Origin: Octopus sinensis
Lineage: Eukaryota
Reading direction: 5' to 3'
NCBI RefSeq assembly: GCF_006345805.1
Contig: NC_043021.1
Coordinates: forward strand, 1,674,001-1,738,000
Length of the DNA: 64,000 nt
Part shown: piece after piece, positions 12,925-25,834 of the stretch
Layout of the letters: every line of letters starts with the position of its first letter
Numbering within the stretch: the first letter of the stretch is position 1
Translations under genes and position numbers: made by a program
Notes under the pieces: generated by a model
The model's database searches: none
What the model was told of the DNA's origin: nothing
What the model saw: the letters and a program-made list of their open reading frames with translations, nothing else

Positions 12925-13425
12925 CCCCGGGCAACTCAGTGTTCTGGGCCCTGTAACAGTTATTTAGTGACAGCAAACCACATCGTATACAGTTGGAAAT
13001 TGAGCCCCTAATCCCATGAGACCCCGAGTAATATCAGTGTACTCAGCCCTCTAACATTCATTTATTGACAGCGAGCAACATCATAGATAGTTCAGAATTG
13101 AGGCCATAGACCAGGGAAGCCCTCGGGAAACTCAATGCGCTGAGCCCTAAAGTATTTATTTGACATCAAACCACATCATATACAGATTAAAATTGGGTCC
13201 TTAGGCTCACGAGGCCCCAAGGCAAATCAATGCGCTGAGCTCTAATGTGTTTATTTATTTCAGAGCAAAACACAGTATATATAGATCGATAATGGCCCGC
13301 TGGACCCGTGAGGGCCCCCGGGCAAATCAATGCGCTGAACCTTATAGTATTTATTTATTGACAGCAAACCACAGCATACATAGATCAGAATTGGGTCTTC
13401 AGACCTGTGAGGCCCCTGGGTATCT
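12925..13425. repeat. Degenerate ~96-100-bp minisatellite, ~5 units
   Basis: CCCC(GG)GCAA.TCA.TG.GCTGAGCCC...TATTTATTGACAGCAAACCACA recurs near 12926, 13022, 13119, 13215, 13316 and 13413. Confidence 0.75.
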
Positions 13426-13970
13426 GCCCAATGTGCTCTAAGGAGGCACGGACTGTACCAGTTCGTTTTGTTATAAATTCCAGTTTTTTTTATTTCTTGT
13501 TATATTGATTTCCAATTGTGACACAAGACCAGCAATTTCGGCGGGGTGGAGGAGGGCGTGAGTCGATTACATCGACCGCAGTGATCAACCGGTTCTTACT
13601 TTATCGATCCCGAAAAGATTAAAGGCAAAGTCGGCCTCGGCAGAATTTGAACTCAGAACCTGAGCATAGAGTGTGTGTTCTGTGTGAAGATTGTCGCACC
13701 TGAGTTATTCTAGTGAATGGATAGAGTCTTACGGAAAACGTGAACAGTTCCCTAGCAGAGCTTTTTTGAAAGGATGGGGCAGTGCGTGTAGTATGGGGAC
13801 TCCCCCCTTATAGCTTCTATACTTTTTTCTCCCCGTGTCTTGTTAATCATACCTAGCGTTCTAATTACTTGTATTATTGTTGTTACTGTTGCTGTTGTTC
13901 TTCTTCTTCTTTTTCATCTTCTTCTTCTTATCATCATCATCATCATCACCATCATTATTATTATTATTAT

Positions 13971-14023
<53 letters not shown>

Positions 14024-14223
14024 TGATGATGATGATGACAATAATAATAATTCGTTTATTGGCCACAAGGGCTTAAATAAAATTACATTAAAACACATAC
14101 AACAACATAAAAGACAAAAAAAAACAGGACGATACAATGGGATTTACAACGTGTAAGCAATATAATAACGATTAAAATTAAGCAATTTAAAACTCCTAAT
14201 AGGAGAGGCGCATTTTATCATCA

Positions 14224-14277
<54 letters not shown>

Positions 14278-14278
<1 letters not shown>

Positions 14279-15135
14279 ATGTTTGACTTTTGCTTTTTAT
14301 ATGTACAAGTTGACACCAAGTCTCACCCAAAGACCTCAAGAGACAAGTTAGAAATTCATGCTGGTGTTATGCCTAGGGTGTCATATATTTGGCTTTTGGT
14401 TTTGCACAAAGTGTTGTTCTCGAGAATGTTTAAGAAAACATAAGTAAATTATAAGTTTGTTTTTAAATTTGAGATTACATAGACAGTATTTAACGTAAGA
14501 TATGGGCAGTTCCCATGAGCAGCATTTTTTAAATTTCATTCATTTATGGATTTCCTGGTACCTGAGCTAGGTAAGAAGCAACCCCTTTTGCTATCATTCC
14601 TAGAACACCTATGACAACAGGTATCGTTTTAGTCTTGGGTTCCACATTTTGCCAATTTCTATTTCAAGATCTTTATACTCGCCCAGTTTTTGGTAAGTCT
14701 TGACAGATACATTTATGTCGATTGGGACAGTCATATCAATGACGAGGCATAGTTTTTGTCTGAAGTCCTTCAATATAATGTCTGGCCTATTCGCATCTAT
14801 CTTTCTGTCAGTTTGAATGAAGTTCCAGAGGAGTGAGATGCGATCATTTTCAAGCACTGGAGGTGGTTTGTGTTCCCACGAGTTTTTATCATGGGACAGG
14901 TCCAAATTTTTGCAAATTTCCCAGTGAATATACTGTGCTACTTTATTATGCCTGTTGAGATACTCTGCGTGCGCAAGAGGTCGGCACATGGAGACAACAT
15001 GATCAATGGTTTCATTTTGTTGTTGACTTACACGACATGTTGGTCTACTGCCGTTCTTTAATATGTTCGCCTGGTAGCTCCTTGTAAGTAGGTATTGATC
15101 TTGGGCTGCTATGATAAACCGTTCGGTCTCTGATT
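14278..15135 (-). mobile_element. Dong/R4-clade non-LTR retrotransposon 3' fragment (zinc knuckle + restriction-like endonuclease + 3' UTR)
   Basis: LKSETE.FIIAAQDQ, CR...ETIDHVVS.C, RHN.VA..IHW, RPDI, IDMTVP and K..Y.DL motifs; bounded by (ATT)n tracts on both sides. Confidence 0.85.
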
Positions 15136-15139
15136 TTAA

Positions 15140-15209
<70 letters not shown>

Positions 15210-15212
<3 letters not shown>

Positions 15213-15400
15213 TTGACTTTTGCTTTACATTTGCACAAGCTGGCTCCAAGTCTCACCCAGAGACCTCAAGAGACAAGTTGGAAGTTCGTGTTGGTGTTAT
15301 GACTAGGGTGCCATATATTTGGTTTTGTACTCAGTGTTGTACTAGTGAATGTCTAAAAAACCATACGAAAATTATGTTTGTTTTAAAACTTGAGTTTACA
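15210..15400 (-). mobile_element. Dong/R4 3' UTR fragment between (ATT)n tracts
   Basis: Same sequence as 14278-14460. Confidence 0.65.
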
Positions 15401-15404
15401 TCGA

Positions 15405-15481
<77 letters not shown>

Positions 15482-15751
15482 CATCATCATTATTGAGGGA
15501 GAGAGTAGCGCATGCCATCAAGTTGACACTGAGGTACAAATATACGAAGCCCAGTATACCCATCATGACTACCAGTCTGATGAGGGTATACCAGTGCATG
15601 CATCACAACCACATGTGATAGAAGTCCCAGGTTTTTAAAAATAAGTACAAAAACAAGTTCAACTGAAATTTTTTAAGATGGTGCTGCAGCATGGTCGTAG
15701 TTCGATGAATGACATAAGAAATAGAAACAAAACATGTGCGTATGTGTATGC

Positions 15752-15784
<33 letters not shown>

Positions 15785-15994
15785 TGTATGTATGTATGTA
15801 TGTATGTATGTATGTATGTATTAGGCCTAGGAATGGCTGTGTGGTGAGTAGCTTGCTTACGAACCACATGGTTCCGGGTTCAGTCTCACTGTGTGGCACC
15901 TTGGGCAAGTGTCTTCTACTATAGCCTCGGGCCGACCAAAGCCTTGTGAGTGAATTTGGTAGACGGAAACTGAAAGAAGCCCGTCGTATATATG

Positions 15995-16039
<45 letters not shown>

Positions 16040-16519
16040 TGTGTGTGTGTGTGAGTATATGTTTGTGTGTCTGTGTTTGACCCCCCAACATCGCTTGACA
16101 ACCGATGCTGGTGTGTTTACGTCCCCGTAACTTAGCGGTTCGGCAAAAAAAGTGACCGATAAAATAAGTACTAGGCTTACAAAGAATAAGTCCTGGGGGA
16201 GGGGCGATTTGCTCGACTAAAGGCGGTGCTCCAGCATGGCCACAGTCAAATGACTGAAACAAGTAAAAGAGTATGTGTGTGTGTATATGTATCTATGTAT
16301 GCACGCACGGTGTTAATTAGTCGTTGGCTCCTACTGAGTCCATCCGTACTCAGATCACGTCTTGGTTTTCATCCCCCGGGGCGTCCAGTCACAAAATCCG
16401 TCCTCACTAAAAGGGATTGCTGTGGTTTCGTTTTGTTTACTCACCAATGTGTCGACCTTGCGGCAAACAGTTTCACAGCGTTTCGTGTTACCAGCGGTGA
16501 CCTCACGCAAACACTCACT

Positions 16520-16574
16520 CATTACATACATACATACATACATACATACATTATATATATATATATATATTATA

Positions 16575-16607
<33 letters not shown>

Positions 16608-16609
16608 AT

Positions 16610-16677
<68 letters not shown>

Positions 16678-16691
16678 ATATATATATATGA

Positions 16692-16762
<71 letters not shown>

Positions 16763-16790
16763 TAGATATATATATAATATATATGGTGTG
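16520..16790. repeat. Compound (CATA)n/(TA)n microsatellite, representative of dozens of (TA)n, (CA)n, (ATT)n, (GATA)n, (CT)n, (TAG)n and (GGT)n tracts
   Basis: Read directly from the sequence; these tracts account for most ORFs in the supplied track. Confidence 0.95.
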
Positions 16791-17129
16791 TGTGTGTGTG
16801 TGTTGATGTATATATAATGTGTGTGTCTGTGTGAATGATACTATTTACTCATTTTTATTTATTATTTATGTAAAATTATATATATAAAGGATTAAATTGT
16901 AGGATTTCTCAATATTTTTCGGTAGAACAAATTTATTTTTCCACGGAATATGTTGATTGTGATTTCGAAGTTAGTCTCAACTTTTCGTTGTAAAATAGAG
17001 CTGCACGCGCGTGCATGTATACATATATATATATAGTTAATCCAAACAAGAAAACAAAAAGACAACAACGCAAGGACGTGGAACAAATAAAGTATTATTG
17101 GACGGTCAGGAAACAAGGGAAGAAGGAGG

Positions 17130-17164
17130 GTTTGACGTTTCGAGCGGAGCTCTTCGTCGGAAAC
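17130..17164 (-). ncRNA. Degenerate minimal hammerhead (core CCGACGA, U4>C) in a Penelope-like repeat
   Basis: GUUU-CCGACGA-A-GAGC-UCC-GCUC-GAA-ACGU-C^AAAC. Confidence 0.5.
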
Positions 17165-17248
17165 ATAGGTGAAGGAAAGGTCCCGAGAAGGGAAGACAGG
17201 AAAAAAAATTGCTAGTGATACAGACGAGGTCACATACTATGTATATGT

Positions 17249-17906
17249 ATATCGTGCAAAAGTCTTCGGTTACTTTAAACTATTGTAAATTTCTACTAAT
17301 TACCAACTTATAAGTGGATATTTCGCATTGCGTTCTTTTTACAGATGAAAGATTGGCCCCGTTGGAATCATTTCGCTTTCCTGGGGGCCTTCTGACAAAA
17401 TCTCGCTTACTAGAAAGGGAAACGACCCCCGTTACACGACGAAAACAGTGAAGTTTGGGGGTAAGAGTCTGATGCTTTGGGGATACATAAAAGGTGATGG
17501 TTCAAGAAAGTTGGTTAAAATTCACGAGAACTTGAATACTGCCAAATACATCCAGTTGCCGAAGGACAATTTGATACCAGACTTGGATGAAGGTGAGATT
17601 TTCCAGCATGACGGAGCTCCACGCCACAGATCGCGTGCAACACAACGGAGTCTGGCTGATGAAGGGGTTACTGTATTGAAAGTTTGGCCAACTTAGAGCC
17701 CTGACTTAAATACCATCGAGCAAATGTGGACAGAACTAAAGAGAAGAGTTCGTCAGAAGAATGCACGCAATCTTGAAGAGTTGCGGGAGCTCAACCACAG
17801 AGAATGGCATCTCATACCTGTGAGGATGGTGAACGATTTGTACGCATCTCTTCCCAGGTGCATTGAAGCAATTATTTAAGCTAAAGAAAGTCACACGAAA
17901 TATTAA
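17249..17906 (+). mobile_element. Internally deleted Tc1-family transposon with DDE catalytic region (pseudogenised)
   Basis: FTDE at 17338-17349, then KTVKFGG.SLMLWG, FQHDGAP.H, WP.*SPDLN.IEQMW..LKRRV. In-frame TAG at 17694-17696 and a frameshift; the N-terminal DNA-binding part is missing. Confidence 0.85.
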
Positions 17907-17935
17907 CAATGTACAGTAACTTCTTGAAATGAACA

Positions 17936-18105
17936 TCTCTATATATATAAACGGCAAAATGTCTGTGTGTGTGTCCTTTATACAAATCAACAATTTTTCA
18001 GTTAGAGGGCTCGCACTTTCTATGGTCATTCAAAACCGTCCAAGTGTGCTCGTGCACATCTTTACATTTCCCCAGTCACCCCGCAAAGCCATTAAAAAAT
18101 CAATA
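17936..18105 (+). mobile_element. Possible Helitron-type 5' end
   Basis: A|TCTCTATATATATAAA...GTCTGTGTGTGTGTCC start resembles Helitron non-autonomous 5' termini; no 3' CTRR hairpin identified. Confidence 0.35.
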
Positions 18106-18437
18106 GAGCTTAGGTGTTTTTGCTCAATAAACACTCACAGTGCCCGGTCTGGGAATCGAAACCGCGTTCTTACGACCGCGAGTCCGCTGCCCTAACCACT
18201 GGGCTATTGCGCCTCCACTGTTGTTGTTGCTGCTGTTGCTGTTATTGTTGTAATTTTGCTCAGTGTCGAACCGGATGTTGAGCAAGCCGTTGTTCAGAGA
18301 CGTTCCCGTTGTGATCATCCTGTGGTTGGTTGTTGCCGGCTGTTCAGGCGATAGGTATTTCCTGGTGGACTCAGGTTCAAATCACTTCAGTCGAGGAATG
18401 TTCTCTCAAAGCCAATATTGAGTCAACAAAAGATTTG

Positions 18438-18482
<45 letters not shown>

Positions 18483-19752
18483 TGCGAACATATATGCAAA
18501 CGTACACATACATGCGCACACACACACACATAGATACATACACACATGCGAACTGATGTGCAAACATACATACACACACATTCACAAACACACTCATACA
18601 CACACACAGACATACGCACACACACATACATACATACATACACATGCGAACATACACACGTACACAACACACACACACACACACACATACATACATACAT
18701 ACATACTACATACATACATACATACATACACACACATACATACACACACACTCATACGAACATATGTGCAAACATATACACGCTCACACACACACACACA
18801 CACACTTATACACGTGGCCTCACATATATGGTGGGGGAGAGAAAGTGAGGAGCGGTCAGTTTTGAGGACAAATTAACATTCGCAGTTTATACGAGTACAA
18901 AAAAAATAATAATCGCACACAATCACGCATACACGTATACACATATACACACACATACACGCATACACGTATACACATATACACACATGTACGCAAAACC
19001 ATGTAGGATCATTTTTATTACTCACTTGTGTTTTAGACATTATTTGTGTATGTATGTGTGTGTATGTGTGTGTTGTAAGCCTATGTATATATTCTTACAT
19101 GTGGAGGCGCAATGGCACAGTGGTTAGGACAGAGGACTCGCAGTCGCGGGATCGCGATTTCGATTCCCAGATCGGGCATTGTGAGTGTTTATTGAGCGAA
19201 GTTCATATTTCTTTACTGCCCACAAGGGGCTACACACACAGGGGAAAAACAAGGACAGACAAACGGATTAAGTACTTAATTTATCAACCCCAAAAGGATG
19301 ACGGCGGAATTTGAACTCAGAACGTAAAGACAGAAGAAATGTCGCTAAGCATTTCGCCCGGTATGCTAATGATTCTGCCAGCTCGCCACCTTCTGTTCTA
19401 AACACCTAAAGTTCTACGAGGCTCCGGCAGGGGCTGGTGGTGAACCCTGCTGTACTCTTTCACCACTACTTTCTCTCACTCTTCCTTCCTGTTTCTGTTG
19501 TACCTGTATTTCAAAGGGCCAGCCTTGTCACACTCTGTGTCATGCTGAATCTTCCAGAGAACTACGTTAAGGGTACACGTGTCTGTGGAGTACTCAGCCA
19601 TTTGAACGTTGGTATCATCAGGCTGTAGCCGGTTTAATAAAATAGGAAAGTTTACATGAGTATTCAAAACGTATATAGTACAAATTTACAGGAAACAGGT
19701 GAAGGAACAACAAGCTGGTGTATTAGTTTAACGTTCGGGGGAAATGGAAATG

Positions 19753-19790
19753 TCATTTACGTTTCGAGCCTACACTCTTCGGCAGAAAGA
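19753..19790 (-). ncRNA. Degenerate minimal hammerhead (core CUGCCGA, A6>C) in a Penelope-like repeat
   Basis: UCUUU-CUGCCGA-A-GAGU-GUAG-GCUC-GAA-ACGU-A^AAUGA. Confidence 0.45.
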
Positions 19791-20522
19791 ATTATGAGGA
19801 ATATATAACAACCCACAACAGCACTGCATTAGTCACACAGTTTAACTTTTAGGGATTATATTTTTACTCTCAGACAAAAGCTATGGAATATCGTAATCTT
19901 ACGTTTGCAAACCAAAACCTAACCAAACTGACAAACATTTTGGCAATAGTGATCTGCAGACAGTAAACTAGAGAACAATTACAACAATTATAATAATTAC
20001 ACTTAACCCGTGACTTTTCCACCGTTTTTTTTCTTTTTTTTTTCTTTTTTACGCAAATATCTCTTCAGACATCAAAGCCATTTGGCTGATCTTTAAGGAT
20101 CACATTACTAATTTACGCTGAACCATTCTTTCTATACACAACGCGCGAAGATAATTACAAGTTGGATCCCAAGAGAAAAAAGTAGCGTTTACCGTATTTT
20201 TTGGCATACAAGCTGACTAATACACGGGATAAATATGGAGCGAAAACATTCAAACAGCGTCGCTATCTTTTCAAATTCTACAACATTTCACATGGAATTT
20301 TTCGTCTTCCAAAGTTGTCTTCGTCTATGAGTAGACCTACCTTTTTTTCACAACCATCGGAGGTTCGTGAGATGGTTATAATCTGTGAACAGTTTTGAAT
20401 TGGAACCAGAAAGAGAAGTTTGAACACGTAATGCATATGGGCACACTGAATTCGTAAAACGGAAGAGAAGAATAGAAACGCAATGCGCATGTCAAAATAA
20501 AATGGAAGAGCAGAATACAAAC

Positions 20523-20622
20523 NNNNNNNNNNNNNNNNNNNNNNNNNNNNNNNNNNNNNNNNNNNNNNNNNNNNNNNNNNNNNNNNNNNNNNNNNNNNNN
20601 NNNNNNNNNNNNNNNNNNNNNN
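20523..20622. other. Assembly gap (100 N)
   Basis: Run of exactly 100 N. Confidence 1.
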
Positions 20623-20788
20623 CTGTTTTTGAGGAGTGGTGGGACGGTCTGTAATAACATCTTTTAATGTGAGAGTGTGTGTGTTGTGTGTGGTGTAATA
20701 CACAGACATATATAGAGGGATATATATATATATAATATTATATATATAAGTACTTAGGACATGTGTTGGGCATAGTATTGCAACCAGG

Positions 20789-20837
<49 letters not shown>

Positions 20838-20875
20838 TTATAATATTATATTATATATAATATATATATATATAC

Positions 20876-20916
<41 letters not shown>

Positions 20917-22358
20917 CTATATATATAGATACACACATATATATATGTTCATATGTATATACATATACATATGTAATAATATATATATAAGATATTATAT
21001 ATATATATATATATATATCCTGGTGGCAATACTACGCCCAACACATGTCCTGAGTACTTTCGACCGGCTTTAAACTGTGCACCCCGCCTTCTCCGAATTA
21101 TTGTCTGCGACTTCCTTTCGCCGTCAGCTGCGCCCTTCATCCCTCCGCCTCACACCAGTTGCCAAAAAACAGAAACGCAGTCAAAAATAATTATGGTTAA
21201 CTTCAAGAAACACTGGCGCAGGCGTGGTTGCGTGCTTAAGAAGTTTGCTTCCCAACCGTGAGATCTTGGGTTCAGTCCCATTGCACAGCACCATAGGCGA
21301 GTGTCTTCTATTATAGTTCCGGGTTCTTGCGAAAAGATTTTATATGAAGGAAACTGAAAGAAGCCTGTGGTGTATGTTTGTGTTTTTGTGTTTGTCCACC
21401 ACCACCGTTTGACAACTGCTGTTGGTTTGTTTTCGTTCCCCGTATCTTAGCGGCTTGGCAAAAGGAGATCCGATAGAATAAGTACCAGGCTTTGTAAAAT
21501 AACGATGAGTTCTGGAGTTCGACTAAAGCCCTTCAAGATAGTGTCCCCCCCCCCCAAAAAAAAAACCGCCACAGTCCAATGACTGAAACGAATAAACGAT
21601 TAAAGATTGAAGATAAACAAAACACATCAGAACGTGTCAATCAAAAGGTGAAATATGAAACGTTACGTTTCGGATCGGTCGTAACACCACGTGACCAGCT
21701 CCTCTCCCCTACCCAGTCTTCCTGCAGACCCACCACCCCTATTTCTCTGTTCCAAAGTAAACCCCACTTCCTCTCTGTATCCCCAGCTCTTCCTGTTTTC
21801 AGTTGGATTAAGATATTTTAGATATCTAAGTTGTTCAGAATTTGCTTGGTGACACAGATTTCAGATCCCCTTCAGGCGATCACCTATTTTTGTGTTATTT
21901 GTGTGAAGCCCCGGCCCCCAGCCTGAATATCATGTACTTTGGCTGACTAACACAGCTTACCCTCATTCACCAGGGCCTCGTAGTCACGTTTACTCTCTCT
22001 ACGCAACACGACCCCATTACCACGCTATATAGGACACCTGCTACGACTTACGTACGAAACCCCTTACAACATGTCCTGGCTCATATAGTTTTTTTTTCTA
22101 TCATAAGCACAAAGCCTGGAGTAATTGTGGTGGGGGAGGATGTTAATCGATTACATCAACCCCAATATTAAATTCGGCGGAATTTGAACTCAGAACATAA
22201 AGACGGACGAAATGCCGCTAAGCATTTTGTCCGGCGTGCTAACAATTCTGCCAGCTCTTTACATAGAAACGTGTAGACAATAAAAGAGCAATTTGCAAAA
22301 AAATTATTATTATTATTTTTGGAAAATTAATAATAATAACAACAACAACAACAATAAC

Positions 22359-22392
<34 letters not shown>

Positions 22393-22436
22393 TAATAATA
22401 ACAATAACAATAATAATAATAATGATGATGATGATG

Positions 22437-22473
<37 letters not shown>

Positions 22474-22505
22474 TAACAATAATAATAATAATGATGATGG
22501 TGATG

Positions 22506-22563
<58 letters not shown>

Positions 22564-22613
22564 TAACAATAATAATAATGATAATAATAATAATAATAAC
22601 AATAATAATAATA

Positions 22614-22925
22614 GCAAGAACACTCAGAGAACGCAAACCTCTGCCAAGGCAATACAAACGTCCTCTCAACGATTAGCCAGAGACGATTTTTAAAATGAGA
22701 ATATCTGAAATAAACTCGACTGCTCTCACAAACGAGAATGCTAAAAATGAACCCAACTGCACTCAAAAATTAAGTAAAAGAAAAAGCGGAAAAATAATCC
22801 AGAATCGTTGTCCGGTACCGGATTGATTCCCCCAAATCTAATCAGTTCGTACCAGTCACGAGGCCAAATATCTCTGAAAGTTTCATCCGAATCCATCCAG
22901 CGGTTCTTGAGATATCTTGTCTAAG
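22614..22925 (+). mobile_element. Dispersed non-autonomous element (Helentron/HINE-like), copy 2
   Basis: Aligns over its full length to 10931-11243. Confidence 0.5.
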
Positions 22926-23204
22926 GACAAACAAACAAAATGGGTTCTGGTCTGGTTGTTACCATCATGAATGTATCATGGGCAAGTCATTGTTCCTGCG
23001 CCAATTTCTCTCCAAGCTGTTAGCCACAACCATAGGCCTTAACCTGAGACACGCCTTGGCCCGCGAACACAAGGCTGTTGATCTTTCGGGGTCGTTGATC
23101 TTTCGGGGTCGTTGATCTTTCGTTGTGAGTGACTTAACTCTCCAGTTCGTCGCCTTTCTCCGCCTTTAATAATGACTTCTTTAATAACCCTTTCTAATAT
23201 AGGC

Positions 23205-23772
23205 ACAAAGCCTGCAATTTAGGGAAGCGAGTAAGTCGATTACATCGACCCCCAATTTTTCACTGTTACTTATTTTATCGACCCCCGAAAGGATAAAAGG
23301 CAAAGTCGAGCTCAGCGGTATTTGAACTCAGAACGTAAAAACAGACGAAATACCTATTTCTTTATTACCCACAAGGGGCTAAACACAGAGGGGACAAACA
23401 AGGACAGACATAGGTATTAAGTCGATTACATCGACCCCAGTGCGTTACTGGTACTTAATTTATCGACCCCGAAAGGATGAAAGGCAAAGTTGACCTCAGC
23501 GGCATTTGAACTCAGAACGTAAAAACAGACGAAATACCTATTTTTTTATTACCCACAAGGGGCTAAACACAGAGGGGACAAACAAGGACAGACATAGGTA
23601 TTAAGTCGATTACATCGACCCCAGTGCGTTACTGGTACTTAATTTATCGACCCCCGAAAGGATAAAAGGCAAAGTCGACCTCAGCGGTATTTGAACTCAG
23701 AACGTAAAGACGGACGAAATACTGTTGAGCATTTTGTCCGGCGTGCTAACGTTTCTTGCCAGCTCACCGCTG
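23205..23772 (-). mobile_element. SINE family A head-to-tail trimer (~184-bp period)
   Basis: GAACTCAGAACGTAAA recurs at 23324, 23508 and 23693. Confidence 0.8.
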
Positions 23773-24151
23773 CCTTTAAATAATGGTATTAATAAAAGAC
23801 GGGATGATCACGTTTGGAATGCTTTTGATCAAAAAGTCTGCTTGATCAAAAATAACCTTTGTACTAAACAACGACTTGCGTTGACGACGCCATTGTAATT
23901 CACATGACATGATCTGACCGTGCCCACCCCCACCTCCATTGTCTACCCCCTTCTCTTCCTCCATATCTCCCACCTTCCCTCTCACTCACCACTTACTCTG
24001 ACAGTGACACAATCGCCACGACGTCTCCACATGACATGTGTGTGCGTGTGCGCGCGCACTCGTGTGTATGTATGTTTGTAAGTAGGTATATATATATATA
24101 TATATATAAATATATATATGTATGTATATAGACAGATATATAGGTAGGTAC

Positions 24152-24232
<81 letters not shown>

Positions 24233-25695
24233 CAGACAGATAGGCAGATAGACAGACGTATGCATGTACACAGACTTTCCGCTCTACACCCCATAGAATC
24301 CGTGTGAACATAATGGAAGCCGTGATAGCACAATCCTAGACCAGACCCGACTGTCACAAGAGAAGGCGGAAGAGTGGGGACGTCAGCGCTGGCACTCGTC
24401 TTGCTAAAAATAGCAGCCAAATTTCCTTCAACTGCCATCATCATCATCATCATCATTTAACGTCCGTTTTCTATGGTGGCATGAGTTAGACAGTTCGAAC
24501 GGATCCGTCGATCCACAGGGCTGCATCAAGTTCCTATGTTCTGCTTTTGCATGGGTTTCTACGACTGGATGCCTTTCCTATCGCCAACCATTTTACAGAC
24601 TAAATTGGGGCCCCTTTTTTCATGTGGCACCAGCACTGGTGGGGCTGCCAAGTATCCTGCAAGACAGGAAAGGACAAGAAAGATGTATTCCAGTTGTGTA
24701 GACACAATTCTCATTCTACATGTTTCAGTAATTGGACTGCGGCCATACTGGAGCATCGCTTTGAAAGGTTTTAGTCGTACAAATCTAGATCCGACTTTAT
24801 TTTAAATCTTGTACTTACTCCATCGGGCTGTTTCGCTTAACCGCTATGTTACAAGGGACATGAACAAACCAACATCGGTTGTTAAGTGATGCTGGGGACA
24901 AATACAAACATAAGGACTTTCCCCCTCTCTTTCTCTCTCTCCCCCTCCCTTTCTTTCTTTCCCTCTCTCTTTCTCTCTCTCCCCCTCTCTTTCTCTTTCT
25001 CCCCCTCTCTTTCTCTCTCCCACTTTCTTTCTCTCTCCCCCTCTCTCTTTCTCTCTCTCCCTCTCTCCTTCTCTCCTTCTCTCTCCCTCTCTTTTACACA
25101 CACACACATGCATGCGACACGCTTCCACACAGTTTCCTAGAGTAGAATAGATTATTATTTCAAATTTTTGACACAGAATACAATATGCTTAGAAATAATG
25201 TGCTTAGATCGCTCTGAGTCTGTCTTTAGCACCGCCAATGCCTTGGAGAAGGAATTTACATCCAAAATTGAGCCTTATTTGTTGCATTCGGTTCCAAAGT
25301 CGGAGTTGAAGGCGAGTAGGAAAAGAGAAGAATCTACCATCATTGTACCACGACCCATCCTTCCAGATTCTTTCACAAGACAATCGGATATGAGATATTA
25401 AGAAGTGCAAACTCTTAACGTAGAAGTAACATGTACTGTTCCACTTTTGTCTGTGTGTGTGTGTGAGAGAGAGAGAGAGGTTGGGGTGGGGGTTGTAGAG
25501 CATGTGGTGGCGGTACTTATGGTGGTGGTGGTCGTGGTGGAGGTGGTGGAGGTGTCGTAAGGGGAGACGCATTGATGGAAGTAAAGGAGAAACGGAAAAT
25601 CGAGCTAAGCACCATTGTTGCGTAAATACTTCGTCTACGACTTTCAACCCCACCTATTTCTTTCTGTCTATCTACCTCTCTCTCTCTCTCTCTCT

Positions 25696-25735
<40 letters not shown>

Positions 25736-25751
25736 TATATATACATATAAG

Positions 25752-25824
<73 letters not shown>

Positions 25825-25834
25825 AATATCTATA

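Noticed and set aside
18350-18400. RYFLVDSGS, resembling a retropepsin active site
   Set aside because: Only ~9 residues, with no flanking gag/RT/LTR evidence; could be chance.
21950-24000. Isolated minus-strand donor-like sites (near 21957 and 23995; also 16444)
   Set aside because: No matching acceptors or coherent reading frames; expected by chance at this density.
25168-25401. 77-aa ORF in unique sequence (and an overlapping minus-strand ORF)
   Set aside because: Weak acceptor context, no recognisable motif and no linked exons.
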